A program made the translations under genes and the position numbers. From a virus (lineage: Duplodnaviria; Caudoviricetes): a stretch of DNA of 64,000 nt. Location: the IMG/VR virus record IMGVR_UViG_3300044675_007236. One strand, written 5' to 3'. Numbering within the stretch: position 1 is the stretch's first letter; every line of letters starts with the position of its first letter. Positions 63,684 through 64,000 of the stretch are shown here, piece by piece. Under the pieces are notes generated by a model. The model had not been told where the DNA came from, made no database searches, and was given only the letters and a program-made list of their open reading frames with translations.

Positions 63684-64000
63684 ATTTAATCGCGTCCTCT
63701 ATTTTGTCTGAATAGATTTCTTTCAGCTCGAAGAAATCTTTTTTGTAGACGTCTTGCACGAGTTCAACAGCTTTTTCCGTGTAGAACTCATGCCAAGGCC
63801 TATCTCGCAAGCCCACTGTCGATTTGCCTAAGCGATTGAACCAAGGGCCGCCTATCGCGTTAATCTTGGGGATAGCGTTCGTAACCGTTTGATTTGAGGC
63901 ACCTAGCGTGCTAAAGAGTTTTTCTAAATCTGCTTTTAGCGATTCAAAGCGGATAATGGTTTCCCAGCCGTTTAATTTTAACCAAAAGTCTTGCGGCATT
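63670..64000 (-). CDS. Sulfotransferase family 2-like protein, C-terminal part (probably 5'-truncated by the window)
   Basis: IIRFESLKADL...IPKIN...FYTEKAVELVQDVYKKDF resembles the Sulfotransfer_2 C-terminal pattern. Confidence 0.55.
   Translation of the reverse strand, partial: MPQDFWLKLNGWETIIRFESLKADLEKLFSTLGASNQTVTNAIPKINAIGGPWFNRLGKSTVGLRDRPWHEFYTEKAVELVQDVYKKDFFELKEIYSDKIEDAIKYENN

Noticed and set aside
1-64000. Alternative genetic code (stop-codon reassignment)
   Set aside because: Standard-code ORFs cover nearly the whole window, and TAA, TAG and TGA each end genes adjacent to the next start

Overview
A 64-kb piece of a large contractile-tailed (myovirus-like, probably jumbo) phage genome. 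Every credible gene is on the minus strand, tightly packed, in the standard genetic code. Reading in transcription direction (right to left), there is first an accessory block: sulfotransferase-like fragment, structured non-coding RNA candidate, holin-like protein, degenerate 2H-like protein, SET-domain protein, two Gly-Tyr repeat genes, PRTase-HAD fusion, glycosyltransferase, class II ribonucleotide reductase and Lar. Next is a phage multi-subunit RNA polymerase split unconventionally: beta fused to the catalytic N-half of beta-prime, plus a separate intein-containing beta-prime C-half, with both zinc sites lost. Then comes a head module (intein-containing prohead protease, scaffold, decoration, major capsid) whose non-shell proteins are rich in a K-x-A(S/A) motif. 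It is followed by fibre/glycosylation genes, neck, sheath, tube, spike, chaperones with a -1 frameshift, tape measure and baseplate, with a sigma70-like gene inside the baseplate cluster. No portal, large terminase, tRNA or CRISPR array was recognised. All assignments come from motif recognition by eye; no searches were run.
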